Source: Escherichia coli
Lineage (GTDB): Bacteria; Pseudomonadota; Gammaproteobacteria; Enterobacterales; Enterobacteriaceae
NCBI RefSeq assembly: GCF_029227855.1
Contig: NZ_CP074356.1
Length of the DNA: 64,000 bases
Strand: one strand, 5' to 3'
Part shown: piece by piece, positions 61,148 to 64,000 of the stretch
How the letters are laid out: each line of letters starts with the position of its first letter
Numbering within the stretch: position 1 is the stretch's first letter
Position numbers and translations under genes: made by a program
Notes under the pieces: generated by a model
What the model saw: only the letters and a program-made list of their open reading frames with translations
Database searches by the model: none
Told to the model about the DNA's origin: nothing

Positions 61148-61211
61148 TCTCTTACTTGATACGGCTTTAGTAGCGGTATCAAAAAATCTGAAGTAAAGTA
61201 AGTTTCCCGAT

Positions 61212-61288
61212 GCATCCGTAGCTCAGCTGGATAGAGTACTCGGCTACGAACCGAGCGGTCGGAGGTTCGAATCCTCCCGGATGCACCA
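61212..61288 (+). tRNA. argY: tRNA-Arg (anticodon ACG), copy 2
   Basis: Identical 77-nt sequence to copy 1. Confidence 0.93.
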
Positions 61289-61350
61289 TCTCTTACTTGA
61301 TATGGCTTTAGCAGCGGTATCAATATCAGCAGTAAAATAAATTTCCCGAT

Positions 61351-61427
61351 GCATCCGTAGCTCAGCTGGATAGAGTACTCGGCTACGAACCGAGCGGTCG
61401 GAGGTTCGAATCCTCCCGGATGCACCA
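61351..61427 (+). tRNA. argZ: tRNA-Arg (anticodon ACG), copy 3
   Basis: Identical 77-nt sequence to copy 1. Confidence 0.93.
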
Positions 61428-61529
61428 TATTCTCCGTAATCATCAGTGATGATGGTTAAGATGGATTTTCTTATTTGATATGGCTTTAGTAGCGGTATCA
61501 ATATCAGCAGTAAAATAAGTTTTCCCGAT

Positions 61530-61606
61530 GCATCCGTAGCTCAGCTGGATAGAGTACTCGGCTACGAACCGAGCGGTCGGAGGTTCGAATCCTCCCGGAT
61601 GCACCA
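61530..61606 (+). tRNA. argQ: tRNA-Arg (anticodon ACG), copy 4
   Basis: Identical 77-nt sequence to copy 1. Confidence 0.93.
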
Positions 61607-61753
61607 TCTTCTCCAAAAAATTTCCTTCAAAAATATCTCATTTCTAAATAACTACTTTATCCATTTCCTGAATTTTCTTCTCCTTCGCCATCAGCGACAA
61701 AATCAAGCAATTACGCTAAAGTAGCGTCATATTTTTCGACTTGCGAGAAGACC

Positions 61754-62320
61754 ATGTACGAGCGTTATGCAGGTTTAATTTTTGATATGGATGGCACCAT
61801 CCTGGATACCGAGCCTACGCACCGTAAAGCGTGGCGCGAAGTATTAGGGCACTACGGTCTTCAGTACGATGTTCAGGCGATGATTGCGCTTAATGGCTCG
61901 CCCACCTGGCGTATTGCTCAGGCGATTATTGAGCTGAATCAGGCCGATCTCGACCCGCATGCGTTAGCGCGTGAAAAAACAGAAGCAGTAAGAAGTATGC
62001 TGCTGGATAGTGTCGAGCCGCTTCCTCTTGTTGAAGTGGTGAAAAGCTGGCATGGTCGTCGCCCAATGGCTGTAGGAACGGGGAGTGAAAGCGCCATCGC
62101 TGAGGCATTGCTGGCGCACCTGGGATTACGCCGTTATTTTGACGCCGTCGTCGCTGCTGATCACGTCAAACACCATAAACCCGCGCCAGACACATTTTTG
62201 TTGTGCGCGCAGCGTATGGGCGTGCAACCGACACAGTGTGTGGTCTTTGAAGATGCCGATTTCGGTATTCAGGCGGCCCGTGCAGCAGGCATGGACGCTG
62301 TGGATGTTCGCTTGCTGTGA
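61754..62320 (+). CDS. yqaB: HAD-family sugar phosphatase YqaB (fructose-1-phosphate phosphatase)
   Basis: Track ORF 188 aa; HAD motif I FDMDGTILDT. Confidence 0.9.
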   Translation: MYERYAGLIFDMDGTILDTEPTHRKAWREVLGHYGLQYDVQAMIALNGSPTWRIAQAIIELNQADLDPHALAREKTEAVRSMLLDSVEPLPLVEVVKSWHGRRPMAVGTGSESAIAEALLAHLGLRRYFDAVVAADHVKHHKPAPDTFLLCAQRMGVQPTQCVVFEDADFGIQAARAAGMDAVDVRLL

Positions 62321-62745
62321 GTGAAGCATTATCGCTTTTCTCGTTGTTTGCCAGTAGTTTTCTCAGCGCTACACTATTACCCGGCAACTCCGAAGTCGTG
62401 CTGGTGGCAATGTTGCTTTCCGGGATCAGTCATCCCTGGGTTTTAGTTTTAACAGCAACAATGGGTAATAGCCTTGGAGGGTTAACTAACGTTATCCTTG
62501 GGCGTTTCTTTCCATTGCGTAAAACATCGCGCTGGCAAGAGAAAGCTACCGGCTGGCTGAAACGCTATGGTGCAGTCACGCTATTATTAAGCTGGATGCC
62601 CGTGGTTGGCGATTTACTGTGTCTGTTAGCGGGATGGATGCGCATCTCCTGGGGGCCGGTAATCTTTTTTTTGTGCCTTGGTAAAGCGTTACGCTATGTT
62701 GCAGTTGCAGCAGCGACCGTTCAGGGCATGATGTGGTGGCACTAA
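62317..62745 (+). CDS. yqaA: DedA/SNARE-associated family inner-membrane protein YqaA
   Basis: Track ORF 142 aa; hydrophobic; 4-nt overlap with yqaB. Confidence 0.88.
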   Translation: MSEALSLFSLFASSFLSATLLPGNSEVVLVAMLLSGISHPWVLVLTATMGNSLGGLTNVILGRFFPLRKTSRWQEKATGWLKRYGAVTLLLSWMPVVGDLLCLLAGWMRISWGPVIFFLCLGKALRYVAVAAATVQGMMWWH

Positions 62746-62790
62746 TTGTAGGCCTGCACATATGGTCACCATTACAGTTATGCTAATTAA

Positions 62791-64000
<1,210 letters not shown>

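Noticed and set aside
60841-61606. Regular repeat/spacer pattern that might suggest a CRISPR array
   Set aside because: The repeats are 77-nt tRNA-Arg genes with cloverleaf structure and CCA ends, and the spacers are related to each other; this is a tandem tRNA array

Overview
This window is a contiguous stretch of an Escherichia coli chromosome, in reverse orientation relative to the usual K-12 map, running cysN-cysC-ygbE-ftsB-ispDF-truD-surE-pcm-nlpD-rpoS, then the polymorphic rpoS-mutS interval, then mutS-ygbA-fhlA-hypEDCBA / hycABCDEFGHI-ascBFG-hydN-hypF-norWV/norR-gutQ-srlRMDBEA-mltB-pncC-recA-recX-alaS-csrA-serV-argVYZQ-yqaBA-gshA. All calls come from reading the ORF track and the raw sequence and from recognising well-known protein families and operon layouts; no database search was run, and K-12 comparisons are from memory. 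Almost everything is conserved core genome with intact reading frames. Four segments look accessory relative to K-12: (1) an IS200-family element directly after the rpoS terminator; (2) a MarR/SlyA-type regulator (hosA-like) divergent from a UbiX/UbiD-type three-gene decarboxylase operon (ecdBCD-like), sitting next to the ygbN-ygbI cluster; (3) a small tandem TOBE/Mop-domain gene between ygbA and fhlA; (4) a HigB/HigA-like toxin-antitoxin pair between hycI and ascB. None of these can be called novel from sequence alone; each belongs to a recognisable family. The toxin-antitoxin pair and the TOBE gene are the least characterised and the best candidates for follow-up. I also report regulatory sites readable directly in the sequence: three sigma-54 promoters, NorR and LexA sites, candidate HosA, AscG, FhlA and NsrR operators, terminators, and a five-gene tRNA array containing a decayed sixth unit.
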